Below are positions 1 to 8,900 of a stretch of 64,000 nt of DNA, in pieces (the first letter of the stretch is position 1; each line of letters opens with the position of its first letter). The notes below the pieces were generated by a model. It was given only the letters and a program-made list of their open reading frames with translations, had not been told where the DNA came from and ran no database searches. This DNA comes from Planctomycetota bacterium (lineage in GTDB: Bacteria > Planctomycetota > MHYJ01 > JACPRB01), in contig DASQOM010000064.1 of NCBI GenBank assembly GCA_035644495.1, positions 15,085-79,084 on the forward strand. Reading direction: 5' to 3'. A program made the translations under genes and the position numbers.

Positions 1-1067
1 AGCTGGGCGAGGCGGCCCGCCAGCATCTGATACCCGAGCGTCCCCTTCACGAAGAGCTTGCCGGGCGTCGGGCGCCAGGTGTTCACGAGAATGGGGATCA
101 TCAGGATGTCGCTGGACATCTTCCCCGAGATCGGGATGAACGCCCCGCGTGAGAGCTCCTGCGAGAGGGTATCGGCGATCTCGACCTCCGTGGGCATCGG
201 AACGGACTGGTTGGCCGTCTTGAAGAACGGCCGCGTCGGCATCCCCGCGAAGCCGCCCGACCTGGGGCCCGAGGCATCGAGGGCGTGTCCGTGCTGGACG
301 ATGCTCCGCGCGGTCGCGGCCGCCGCGATCCATACGCCCCGCCCCCAGAGGAAGCTCTCGGGCTTGGCGGGATCGAGCGCCTCGGCATGACCGCCCTTGT
401 CCGCCGTATAGGGCGGACGCTGCACCCAGCGGTTCACCGTCATCGCCGTCCAGCGGGCCCCATCCGATTTCTGGAACGCCACCCAGGCGCCGTGCGCCCC
501 GTCGTGCAGCCGCAGCGGGATGTCCTGCAGCTTCGGCAGCAGCTTAAGCTCCTTGAGGCCGAAGAAGCCGGGCGACGCGGCCGCGAGCATCGGCGCCTGT
601 GCGACCTTGCAGAGGTCGGCGACCTGCGAGAGCGTCGAGAGATCGGCGCCCTGGTGCGAGAAGTCGTAGTCGAGGATGACGAGGCCGAGCGGCGGATTCC
701 GCAGCTCCTTCATCTCAGGATCGAAGACGGCCTCCTTGAACCTCGCGACCAGGTCCTTTTGCGTCGCGGAGACGACGTCGACCTGGATGCCCGGCCCCAC
801 GTGGCCCATCAGGAATTTCAGGCCGCGGAACGCCGACTCGACGCGCTGGAACGCGGGATGGTGCAGCGCCGCGTCGGGCGACGCGCCGAGCGCCGCCGGC
901 TCGAAGGCCTTCTCGGTGGAGAACTCCATCTTCGCGCCGTTGACGTCGGCCGCGGGCTTCAGGGCCGCGAGGATCGCATCGCCGTCGGCCGACGGGACGC
1001 GGACGGGGTCCTTCGAGGCGAGTCCGAGATCGGCGACGACGACGAATCTCCATCCCATCGGATTCAT
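1..1067 (-). CDS. Fused TssB-TssC-like sheath paralog (5' part; gene continues beyond window start)
   Basis: Hand translation of the minus strand from ATG at 1065-1067 (AGGAGA-like RBS upstream) gives an uninterrupted 355-codon frame to position 1. N-terminus RFVVVADLGL...VPSADGDAILAALKP...MEFSTEKAFEPAAL parallels TssB (LKFLVMGDFTG...VDKDNFNDVMRGM...LKFSTLKDMEPEAV). Then HHPAFQRVESAFRGLKFLM matches the TssC signature FQKLESAWRGLKLMV of the canonical tssC at 15416. Colinear similarity continues (VDVVSATQKDLVARFKEA vs VNIVNVSKEDLLTDFEDS; APMLAAASPGFFGLKELKLL vs CPFISSAAPKMFGLDSIQKL). It is absent from the ORF track because its stop lies off-window. Confidence 0.6.
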   Translation of the reverse strand, partial: MNPMGWRFVVVADLGLASKDPVRVPSADGDAILAALKPAADVNGAKMEFSTEKAFEPAALGASPDAALHHPAFQRVESAFRGLKFLMGHVGPGIQVDVVSATQKDLVARFKEAVFDPEMKELRNPPLGLVILDYDFSHQGADLSTLSQVADLCKVAQAPMLAAASPGFFGLKELKLLPKLQDIPLRLHDGAHGAWVAFQKSDGARWTAMTVNRWVQRPPYTADKGGHAEALDPAKPESFLWGRGVWIAAAATARSIVQHGHALDASGPRSGGFAGMPTRPFFKTANQSVPMPTEVEIADTLSQELSRGAFIPISGKMSSDILMIPILVNTWRPTPGKLFVKGTLGYQMLAGRLAQ

Positions 1068-1083
1068 GCGCGGTCTCCTGTCG

Positions 1084-2805
1084 TCAATGAAGCGAGATCG
1101 GGACGTCGAAGGCGAGATCGGGCAGGCCCCGCAGCACGCCGCCCTGGGGCTTGACGCGGACGCTGACCGCGGGGCGGCCGTCGGAGACCGGGGCGGCGGA
1201 CGCCGTATAGACGGATCCGGACTCGGTCATGCCCATCAGCTGCAGCGCGGCCGCGATCGTGCGGGCGATGTCGCCGATGCCGTGGGTCATGTCGAGGTGG
1301 GCGAGCAGCGAATCCATCGCGGCGGCGATGTGCGAGGCGAAGAACGCGTAGCGCAGCGTCGTCGTCGGCTCGTCCTTGGCCGCCCGGTAGACGGTCGCGG
1401 TGCCCGCGGCGAAGGGCCGGTCGTTCCCGCGGCGGCAGGCGATGGGCAGGAGGCCGGCCTCGCCCAGGGCATTCGCGGCGGCCTCGGTCAGATCGCTTTC
1501 GAGCGGGGTCGTCTCCCCATCCCCCGGGCGCAGCGGCAGCGCCTCCAGCGCGGCGGCCGCGTCGCGCCCCGCGAAGTCCGAGCCCCAGCCGGTCTTGGCG
1601 AAGCTCGACGCGACGAAGCCGCCGAGCAGCCAGCCGGCGCGCCCCCAGGGGAGCGGCGGCTCCGCGACGGCGAGCTCCTCGAAGGCGAGGTCCCGGGTGG
1701 ACTCGCCCCCGGCGCCATACGGATTCCGGTAGAGGAAACGGTTGGCCGCCAGCGAGAGCCAGCGCGATGCCGGCGCCGAGCGGAGTCGGAGCCATTCGCC
1801 CTGCGACGCGTCGCCCATCCCGGCGGCGAGCTCGCGCAGCGCCACCTCCAGGCCGGCCGACCCGATCAGCGGGAGCGAGCGGGCGGCGGCGTCCTCGGCG
1901 AGCTTCAGCAGCTCCGCCTCGGAGCCGTCGAACGTGAAGTCGAGCAGCAGGCAGGACGTCTTGCCCTGGCTGCGGAGATCGTCGGCGAGCGGAAAGGCCG
2001 CGTCCCGGACCGCCTTGAGGAGGTTCTTGCGGGAGGCGGCGACGACGTGCAGGCGGCAGCCCGCGCGGAAGTCGACGGAGCGGACGAGGAGACGCAGCCC
2101 GCGCCAGGCGGACTCGAGCTCCTGGAATCGCGGATCATGCAGCACCGCGCGGAGCATCGGGGCGACCGCCGTCTCCGCCTGCGCGGCCACCGCTCTCAAC
2201 GCCGCGGGGACGGGCTTCGCGGCCCCGCCGCCGCCGAGGACGGCGTCGATCAGCCTCGCCGTCGTCTTCTCCACCTGCTCGGGCGAGGGTTCGTCGGACG
2301 GCGCGCTCGCGTCCGCGTCCACGAGGTCGAAGATGCTGCCGGTCGGGACGGGGCCCGCGGGCTTCGGGGCCGTCGGCGTCGCGGTCGGAGCCTTGGCGGT
2401 TGTCGAGAGCGCGGTCTCCAGGGCCTTCGCCAGCTGGGGATAGGCGCCGAGCTTTCCGAGCGATTGTTTGACGGAGTCGAGCGATCCGCCGCCCGCGGCC
2501 AGGTCGAGGACCTGCTTCTTGAAGTCGATCAGGTTCGCGAGGGCGGGGACGCGAGTGGCGAGACGGTCGGGGCGGAAGTCCTTGAACTCCTGGAAGGTGA
2601 GGACGGCCCGGGCCCCGCCGACGGGGACGTCGATGGACGGGCCGAGGGACCGCAGCAGCTCGTCGAGCGAGTCCTTGTCGACGGCGCGAGGTCGCGGGGC
2701 TCCGTCGGACCCGGGGAGCAGGTCGGAGATCACGATCAGGTTGAAAGAGGGATCGTTCTGTTCCATAAGCGGCATCTCTCCGACGCGGGACGGACCCCAC
2801 TCCAC
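1084..2805 (-). CDS. Fused TssB-TssC-like sheath paralog (573 aa)
   Basis: ORF 1084..2805. Residues 20-100 (FNLIVISDLLPGS...VDKDSLDELLRSL...LTFQEFKDFRPDRLATRVPAL) align with TssB at 14871. Residue ~228 has the TssC motif FQELESAWRGLRLLV. The C-terminal body is colinear with TssC (LYRNPYG~RLPYS; WLLGGFVASSFAKTGWG~LWGSSAFTFATKIADSF; LRYAFFASHIAAAMDSLLAHL~YRLGTQLPYLFIVNRLAHYIKVL; RPAVSVRVKPQGG~GWYKVDMRVRPHFKYMG). The start codon is uncertain: GTG at 2805 or ATG at 2775 (MPLMEQ). Confidence 0.65.
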   Translation of the reverse strand: MEWGPSRVGEMPLMEQNDPSFNLIVISDLLPGSDGAPRPRAVDKDSLDELLRSLGPSIDVPVGGARAVLTFQEFKDFRPDRLATRVPALANLIDFKKQVLDLAAGGGSLDSVKQSLGKLGAYPQLAKALETALSTTAKAPTATPTAPKPAGPVPTGSIFDLVDADASAPSDEPSPEQVEKTTARLIDAVLGGGGAAKPVPAALRAVAAQAETAVAPMLRAVLHDPRFQELESAWRGLRLLVRSVDFRAGCRLHVVAASRKNLLKAVRDAAFPLADDLRSQGKTSCLLLDFTFDGSEAELLKLAEDAAARSLPLIGSAGLEVALRELAAGMGDASQGEWLRLRSAPASRWLSLAANRFLYRNPYGAGGESTRDLAFEELAVAEPPLPWGRAGWLLGGFVASSFAKTGWGSDFAGRDAAAALEALPLRPGDGETTPLESDLTEAAANALGEAGLLPIACRRGNDRPFAAGTATVYRAAKDEPTTTLRYAFFASHIAAAMDSLLAHLDMTHGIGDIARTIAAALQLMGMTESGSVYTASAAPVSDGRPAVSVRVKPQGGVLRGLPDLAFDVPISLH

Positions 2806-2923
2806 CCTCAGGAGGAGGCGAAGTCAAGCAAAACGAAGGCGGGGCGCTTCCAAACCGCTATCTCCGAGGAGGATCGATTGACACCGGAAGGGCGGCAGAG
2901 GTAAGATTGCTGCCCGGCCGAAC

Positions 2924-5077
2924 ATGAATCAGGGAAAACCCCCCGGAGATTCTATCGACATCCCCCTGCTGGGCTCCTCGGCGGGAGGAAATCTTCGATT
3001 TGAATTGGCTCTCGCGGCGAAGGACGATTCCCTCGAGAGCCGGGACGACCCATTTGTTCCGCTGAACGACTCCAACCGCTTCACCCGCGTGCTCCTGGGC
3101 CGCGTGGCCTCCGGGGACGACCACACGCTGCATCCCGTCGCGGTGAAGATCCAGCGCAGCGTCTACCGCACCGCCGCCTCCGGCGCGGCGAAGGAGACGC
3201 TGAACAATCCGCTGGTCGAGGACATGTGGCGGCGGGAGCGGGAAAACCTGATCCACTGCGCGGGCAACGAGGTCGTGCCGCTGGTCGATCTGGGCGAGCA
3301 GCTGTTCCGGAACCCTCCGGTGACGTTCTGCAAGAAGATCCGCGCGTACTTCCATCCGCTCTGCCCCCGCTGCCGCGGGCCGCTGCGCGACTGCCGCGAC
3401 GACGCGCTCCTGCTGGACCTCAACCTGCCGGAGTATTCCCGCTCCCTGGTGCGGTACCTGTATTGCGCCGCCTGCGCGGCGAAGCCCGGCCGCAAGACGT
3501 TCTACACCACCGCGAGCCCCGCGGAGGACAAGCAGAAGGGGGACGTGGAGATCCGCCGCCGCGGCGAGCTCTACCGCGACTTCGGCGCGATCGTGAACGG
3601 GCTGTCCGCCGAAGAGCAGGCCCGGCTGTCCATCGCCTTCCCCTGCGCGGCGTGCCTGCACCGCGTGGAGTGCTATCCCGCGGAAGGCGCGAGCGGCAAG
3701 CCGATCCCCGCGGAGTCCCGGCTCGTGCCCGTGTCGTACTATGACTTCCATCTCCTTCCGCTGGAAGTGATGGAGCTCCATTATGACGAGATGAGCGACC
3801 TCCTCGGGGGCGCCTCCTGGCAGGTCCTGCGCGACCGGATCCGGAAGACGGCCGCCCCCGGCCGCGACCTCGTGCTGTCGGCGGTCGACGAGGTCTTCAC
3901 CTCCCCGGTGCAGTGGATCTATCGCGGCGACACGACGGGCCGCTTCGCGCTGGAGGTGCTCCACCTCAAGCTCAGCCTCTTCAGCCAGCTCAGCCGCGGC
4001 CTCCGCGCCTATCATGCGCGCTGCCGCGAGCCGCACCTCGACGTCAGCCCGAGCCAGGTGATGGTCGACATCGTCCCGGGCAGCACGAATCTTCCCGCCC
4101 GCTGGAATTTCCGCGTGCGGCTGATCGGCGTGGCGGGACCGCACCGCTTCGCGACCGAGGGAGCCCCCGAGGGGGCGCTGCCCCCGCTGCTCGTGCCGGC
4201 GCCCGACGCGGACAAGATCTTCATCTCCCCCTTCATCCGGAAGGCCGAGTTCGGCCGGGAGGAGCAGCTCCGCGTCACGATCCGGTCGATCCGCTCCGAA
4301 GGCGGCCACCTCAGGCTCGAGGGCAGCGCGTCCTCGGAACGGTCGCGGCTGGAAAACGTCCAGCCCGGCGACGTGATCCGGATGGCCTCCGCCTCCGCGG
4401 GCGGCCCGCTGGAGGGGGTCACGATCTGGGGCACCATCGCGGGCCCGGAGGAGCGCGGCATCCGCTTCACCGCGACGCTGGACGCCGCTTCGGGGCTCGA
4501 TCCGTCGAAGAAGCCCGGGGATTTCGACGCGGGCGTCGCCTTCTTCCCGAGGTTCCAGGTCCCCTGCGACCTGTTCGGGCTGGGGATGCTCTTCTTCCGG
4601 ACGCTGGTGGTCAACGACGGGACCGATCTGCTGGCGGTGGACGACGCCGTCCACCGCGTGCTCAAGAAGCTCACGCTCTGGCTCGAGGGGAAGAAGTCCC
4701 CCGCGGCCGCGCGCGTGGCCGGCGAGCTCATGCCGATCGTGGAACGCGAGAAAGAGGTGTTCGCCTCACCCTCGGTCCTGTACCTGCAGGAGGACCGGGA
4801 GGAGCGGGTGCGCGCGCTGCCGGCGAAGCTCTGGTCGGACATCCTCCTCTTCGGCTTCAAGCTCGTCACCTCGGTGCCGGGCTTCAGCTTCGCCACGGGC
4901 CATGCCGACTTCCGCGCCGAGAAGCCGGAGTCGCTCCTGGACCAGGTGATGACCGAGCTGGCGACGCTGGAGGACCGCGTCCGCATCGAGCTGTTCTCGA
5001 AAACCGAGCGGGACCGCGAGATCTTCGAGATCTGCAGCGAGCTTCTGGACCAGCTGCCGGGGCCGGGACGGGTCTGA
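2924..5077 (+). CDS. Hypothetical T6SS-associated protein (717 aa) with Cys-pair zinc-ribbon-like motifs; first gene of the T6SS operon
   Basis: Long ORF 4 nt upstream of fha, same strand, so it is very likely co-transcribed with it. It contains CPRC...(26 aa)...CAAC and CAAC...C motifs. There is a weak kinase-like stretch LLGRVASGDDHTLHPVAVKIQ but no HRD or DFG motif. I recognise no family. Confidence 0.5.
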   Translation: MNQGKPPGDSIDIPLLGSSAGGNLRFELALAAKDDSLESRDDPFVPLNDSNRFTRVLLGRVASGDDHTLHPVAVKIQRSVYRTAASGAAKETLNNPLVEDMWRRERENLIHCAGNEVVPLVDLGEQLFRNPPVTFCKKIRAYFHPLCPRCRGPLRDCRDDALLLDLNLPEYSRSLVRYLYCAACAAKPGRKTFYTTASPAEDKQKGDVEIRRRGELYRDFGAIVNGLSAEEQARLSIAFPCAACLHRVECYPAEGASGKPIPAESRLVPVSYYDFHLLPLEVMELHYDEMSDLLGGASWQVLRDRIRKTAAPGRDLVLSAVDEVFTSPVQWIYRGDTTGRFALEVLHLKLSLFSQLSRGLRAYHARCREPHLDVSPSQVMVDIVPGSTNLPARWNFRVRLIGVAGPHRFATEGAPEGALPPLLVPAPDADKIFISPFIRKAEFGREEQLRVTIRSIRSEGGHLRLEGSASSERSRLENVQPGDVIRMASASAGGPLEGVTIWGTIAGPEERGIRFTATLDAASGLDPSKKPGDFDAGVAFFPRFQVPCDLFGLGMLFFRTLVVNDGTDLLAVDDAVHRVLKKLTLWLEGKKSPAAARVAGELMPIVEREKEVFASPSVLYLQEDREERVRALPAKLWSDILLFGFKLVTSVPGFSFATGHADFRAEKPESLLDQVMTELATLEDRVRIELFSKTERDREIFEICSELLDQLPGPGRV

Positions 5078-5080
5078 CGC

Positions 5081-6367
5081 ATGACCTCCTATAAATTCGT
5101 CGTGAGCCTGACGACCTCGAAGGAACTGGCGCCGTCGGAGCACGTCCTGAGCAAGGACAAGATCATGATCGGCCGCTCGGCCGAGAACGACATTCCCCTT
5201 CCCGACAACGAGAAGCGGGTTTCGAGCAAGCACGCCCGCGTGGAGCGCGAGGGGACGAGCCTCCAGATCACCGACCTGGGCAGCACCAACGGGACCTTTG
5301 TCAACGGCCGGAAGATCGACGCCAATTCCGCGGTGGAGCTGAAGGACGGGGACAAGCTGTCGATCGGCCTGTACTCCCTCCTCGTGACGGCCGAGGAGGA
5401 GGATTCGGGCGACCGGACGATGGTCCTGGTCGATCCGTCGCGCCAGCTCGCGCAGCTGGTGGACGAACTGCCGGTCATCTACGCCCGGCATTCGGCCGCC
5501 CCGGAGGAGCAGCGACGCAGGATGCTCCGCGGGATGATCCAGTCGATGGTCAACTCCGTGGGTCCGGACAACGCCCGTTCCATCCTGATGCAGCTCCGCT
5601 CGCGGTTCCGTCCGGCGGACGGCGGCGTCGTGCCGGAGCGGACGACGGCGATCCGCCGCAAGGAGGCGGAGGTCAAGGCGCAGGAATCGTTCTCCTCGGC
5701 GGGGATGCGGGTGATGGGCGACCTCTCGGCGCAGTTCGTGGGCGAGGGGAAGCTCGAGACGACGGAACAGGCGGATCTCTTCGGGAAGCTGCTCGCCAAC
5801 GTGCTGGAGCTCACGTTCGACTGGATCTCGAAGAGTCTGCGGGGCCGCAAGGAGTTCGAGGAGCAGTTCAGCGCGGACCTCTCGATGATCTTCTCGAAAG
5901 AAAAGAACCCGCTCAAGGGGGGCGGCGGCCCCGGGGACATGGGGCGGTATCTCCTGGACTGGCGGGTGGCCCGGGACCCGAAGGGCATCCGGGACGCGCT
6001 GGACAACGCGTTCAAGGACCTGACCATGCACCAGCTGGGGCTGCTGGCCGGCGTCCAGGAGTCCCTCTCGGCGGTGCTGAAGCGTCTGGACCCGAAGGTC
6101 GTCGAGCAGGAAGGCAAGGAGATGGGCAAGGGCGGCTTCCTGGCGAGCTCGGAGAAGAAGGCCTGGAAGCGCTACTCGGAGGTCTTCCACGAGATCTTCG
6201 CCGAGAACAGCAAGCTGTTCAACGAGCTGATCTATCCGAACGTCCGGAAGGGGTATCTCGCGCTGCACGACAACGACGCCAAGGCGGGCGCGGAGAAGAA
6301 GGGGGACTCGACGAAAAAGGGGCCTGCCGCCCCGCCGTCCATCACGCAGAGAAATCCGGCTCAATAA
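5081..6367 (+). CDS. fha: FHA-domain protein (TagH/Fha-like T6SS regulator)
   Basis: N-terminal FHA signature: IMIGRSAENDIPLPDNEKRVSSKHARVEREGTSLQITDLGSTNGTFVNGRKI. Position between the novel protein and tssJ. Confidence 0.8.
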   Translation: MTSYKFVVSLTTSKELAPSEHVLSKDKIMIGRSAENDIPLPDNEKRVSSKHARVEREGTSLQITDLGSTNGTFVNGRKIDANSAVELKDGDKLSIGLYSLLVTAEEEDSGDRTMVLVDPSRQLAQLVDELPVIYARHSAAPEEQRRRMLRGMIQSMVNSVGPDNARSILMQLRSRFRPADGGVVPERTTAIRRKEAEVKAQESFSSAGMRVMGDLSAQFVGEGKLETTEQADLFGKLLANVLELTFDWISKSLRGRKEFEEQFSADLSMIFSKEKNPLKGGGGPGDMGRYLLDWRVARDPKGIRDALDNAFKDLTMHQLGLLAGVQESLSAVLKRLDPKVVEQEGKEMGKGGFLASSEKKAWKRYSEVFHEIFAENSKLFNELIYPNVRKGYLALHDNDAKAGAEKKGDSTKKGPAAPPSITQRNPAQ

Positions 6368-6381
6368 AGGGAGGAAAAGAG

Positions 6382-6825
6382 ATGAGAAAGACCGCCATGC
6401 TGGGAGCGGCGCTGACGTTGCTCAGCGCCTGCGGGGGAGGACCGACCTGGATGTACCTCCGCGGCGTCAAGCCCATGAACGAGAACGAGCGGAAGGAATC
6501 GAATGCCGTCGACGTCCGCATCTACCAGTTGAAGGACGACTCGCGCTTCAACCAGGCGACCGTCGACAAGCTGTGGACGGACGAGAAGGGCGCGCTGGCC
6601 GACGACCTGATCGCGATGAAGACGATCACGATCCAGCCCGGCGTCGCCGACGACAAGGCGACCGAGATCAACCTGGGCGACCTGCCCGACAGCGTGCGCT
6701 TCATCGGCGTGCTCGGCCTCTTTCCGAAGGAGGACGACAAGGGGCCCCGGAAGCTGGCGATCGCGAAGGCGAATTCGGGCGGCATCCTCCGGCTGACGGG
6801 CTACCACATCCTGGCGGAAAAATAG
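6382..6825 (+). CDS. tssJ: T6SS outer-membrane lipoprotein TssJ
   Basis: 147 aa with signal peptide and lipobox (MRKTAMLGAALTLLSAC). Size and position immediately upstream of tssK/tssL/tssM are typical of TssJ. GGGAGG RBS. Confidence 0.75.
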   Translation: MRKTAMLGAALTLLSACGGGPTWMYLRGVKPMNENERKESNAVDVRIYQLKDDSRFNQATVDKLWTDEKGALADDLIAMKTITIQPGVADDKATEINLGDLPDSVRFIGVLGLFPKEDDKGPRKLAIAKANSGGILRLTGYHILAEK

Positions 6826-6850
6826 TCCCGGACTCTATCAGGAGCCTTCC

Positions 6851-8200
6851 GTGGAATACGCGCAGAAAGTCCTGTGGAGCGAGGGGATGTTCCTCACCCC
6901 GCACCACTTCCAGCAGGCCGACCGATACATGGAGAGTCTGATCTCCCGGCGGCTCTCGGCGCTCCGGCCCCTCGGGTGGGGGGTCTGCCGGATCCAGATC
7001 AACACCGACGCGCTGGCCAACGGCGAGATGGTGCTGTCGAAATGCTCGGCGATCCTGCCCGACGGGATGGCGGTGGACACGCCGGATCTGGACCCGCTTC
7101 CGCCGGCGCGGCCCATCGAGGCGGCGTTCGACGCGAAGCGCAATTCCCTCGGGGTCTACCTGGCCTCCCCCCTGGCCCGGGCCGGCGGGGTGGCGTTCAG
7201 CGCGGAGGGCGCGGCCGACGGCCGGCCCACGCGGTACCACCGGCGCTCGCTGACGGCGTCGGACGAGAACAGCGGCGGCAGCGAGCGGGAGATCATCCTC
7301 GCGTCGAAGACGCTGCGGATCCTGTTCGACGGCGAGCCGCCCGACGATTACGCCACCCTGAAGATTGCGGAGCTGTCGCGGAGCGCGTCCGGAAAGTTCG
7401 CGCTGAACGAGTCGTACGTCCCGCCCTGCCTGCTGCTCTCCTCGTCGCCGCAGCTGGTGGCATACGTGCGGCGAATCCTCGAGATGATCTCGGCGAAGAG
7501 CAGCGATCTCTCGTCGACGCGGCGCCAGCGCTCGGCGGGCCTGGTGGAGTTCACGATGTCGGAAGCCGCGAACTTCTGGTTCCTGCACACGGTCAACGCG
7601 ACGATCCCGGTGCTGATGCACCTGCACAACCAGGGGGACGTGCATCCGGAGGAGGTCTTCCTGGTCCTCGCCCGCCTCGCAGGCGAGCTGTTCACGTTCT
7701 CGGGCGAGGGGCATCCGAAGGACCTTCCCGCCTACAGTCACGACGCGGTCGGCGCGTCGTTCTCGGCGATGGAAAAGAAGATCTCCGACCTCATGGGGAC
7801 GATCATCCCGACCAAGTGCGCGCCGATCCCGCTGGAGAAGCTGCGCGACTCGCTCTTCAAGGGCCAGCTGCGGGACGACCGTCTGCTCGACGGGCAGTTC
7901 TACCTGGCGGTGAGCGCCGAAGTGCCCGAGGAGAAGATCATCAAGGAAGTGCCGCTCAAGGCGAAGGTGAGCTCCAGCGACCGCGTGGACCAGCTGATCG
8001 CGGCCGCGCTCAAAGGGCTCCTCCTCCGCCATCTGCCGACGCCGCCGTCCGAGATTCCGGTCCAGCCCGGCCGGCAGTATTTCCAGGTGGACAAGTCCGG
8101 CGAGCACTGGGAGGCGGTGAAGAAGTCCCGCTCGATCTCGTTCTACATCCCGCCCGAGTTCAAGAACCTGAAACTCGAACTGATGGGAGTGAAGGAATAA
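6851..8200 (+). CDS. tssK: T6SS baseplate subunit TssK
   Basis: N-terminus VLWSEGMFLTPHHFQQADRY is the classic TssK start. 449 aa. Confidence 0.9.
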   Translation: MEYAQKVLWSEGMFLTPHHFQQADRYMESLISRRLSALRPLGWGVCRIQINTDALANGEMVLSKCSAILPDGMAVDTPDLDPLPPARPIEAAFDAKRNSLGVYLASPLARAGGVAFSAEGAADGRPTRYHRRSLTASDENSGGSEREIILASKTLRILFDGEPPDDYATLKIAELSRSASGKFALNESYVPPCLLLSSSPQLVAYVRRILEMISAKSSDLSSTRRQRSAGLVEFTMSEAANFWFLHTVNATIPVLMHLHNQGDVHPEEVFLVLARLAGELFTFSGEGHPKDLPAYSHDAVGASFSAMEKKISDLMGTIIPTKCAPIPLEKLRDSLFKGQLRDDRLLDGQFYLAVSAEVPEEKIIKEVPLKAKVSSSDRVDQLIAAALKGLLLRHLPTPPSEIPVQPGRQYFQVDKSGEHWEAVKKSRSISFYIPPEFKNLKLELMGVKE

Positions 8201-8203
8201 CGC

Positions 8204-8884
8204 ATGGCTGAATCAACGCCGACGGCCGCACCGCCGGCCCTGGCCGATCTCTGCGGCGACCTGCTGGCCTTCCAGCTCCAGCTGAAACGCTCGAGCGACC
8301 CGGGCGACGCCGAGGTCCTCCGCCAGAAGATCGACGAGCAGTTCCGCGCGCTGGAGACCAGGGCGCGGCAGGCCGACGTCCCGCAGGAGGACGTGCAGCA
8401 GGCCAAGTACGCGATCGCCGCATTCATCGACGAGATGATCCTGACGTCGTCGTGGGGGCTCAAGGATTCGTGGGCGGACAAGCCGCTCCAACTGGCCTAC
8501 TTCAACGACTTCGCCGCGGGCGAGGAGTTCTACAACAAGATCGACGCCCTCCGGGGCGCCAAGCGCAACAACGTGCTCGAGGTGTACTACCTCTGCCTGG
8601 CCCTGGGATTCCGGGGGAAATACGTGGACCTTCAGGGGATGGAGAAGAAGAAGGTCCTCATGGACACCATGCTGCGCGAGATCCGGGGGGCGGTGCCGGC
8701 CGTGCCGGCGGCCACGGGATTGTCGTCGTCCTGGCAGCCGCCGGACGCCCTGCCCGGCATCGTGAAGAATTTCCCGGCCTGGTTCGTGGCGGCGGCCTGC
8801 GGCCTGTTCATCATCCTGTTGTTCATCCTGCTGTCCACGCTGCTCGGGTCGTCGGCGGAAAACCTGGTCAAGTCCCTGAACTGA
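8204..8884 (+). CDS. tssL: T6SS membrane subunit TssL (DotU family)
   Basis: DotU-like N-domain (AKYAIAAFIDEMILTSSWG...WADKPLQLAYFND) plus a C-terminal TM helix. 226 aa. Confidence 0.85.
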   Translation: MAESTPTAAPPALADLCGDLLAFQLQLKRSSDPGDAEVLRQKIDEQFRALETRARQADVPQEDVQQAKYAIAAFIDEMILTSSWGLKDSWADKPLQLAYFNDFAAGEEFYNKIDALRGAKRNNVLEVYYLCLALGFRGKYVDLQGMEKKKVLMDTMLREIRGAVPAVPAATGLSSSWQPPDALPGIVKNFPAWFVAAACGLFIILLFILLSTLLGSSAENLVKSLN

Positions 8885-8900
8885 GGAAAAGGCGGAGAGC

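Noticed and set aside
676-2904. 742-aa plus-strand ORF (and 285..1154, 58..390) overlapping the sheath-fusion genes
   Set aside because: Arg/Gly/Ala-rich low-complexity translations of the antisense strand of clearly homologous minus-strand genes; typical high-GC shadow ORFs.
2924-5077. Calling the 717-aa protein a PpkA-type kinase
   Set aside because: Only a VAVK-like fragment is present. It has no HRD or DFG catalytic motif and the Gly-loop is degenerate.
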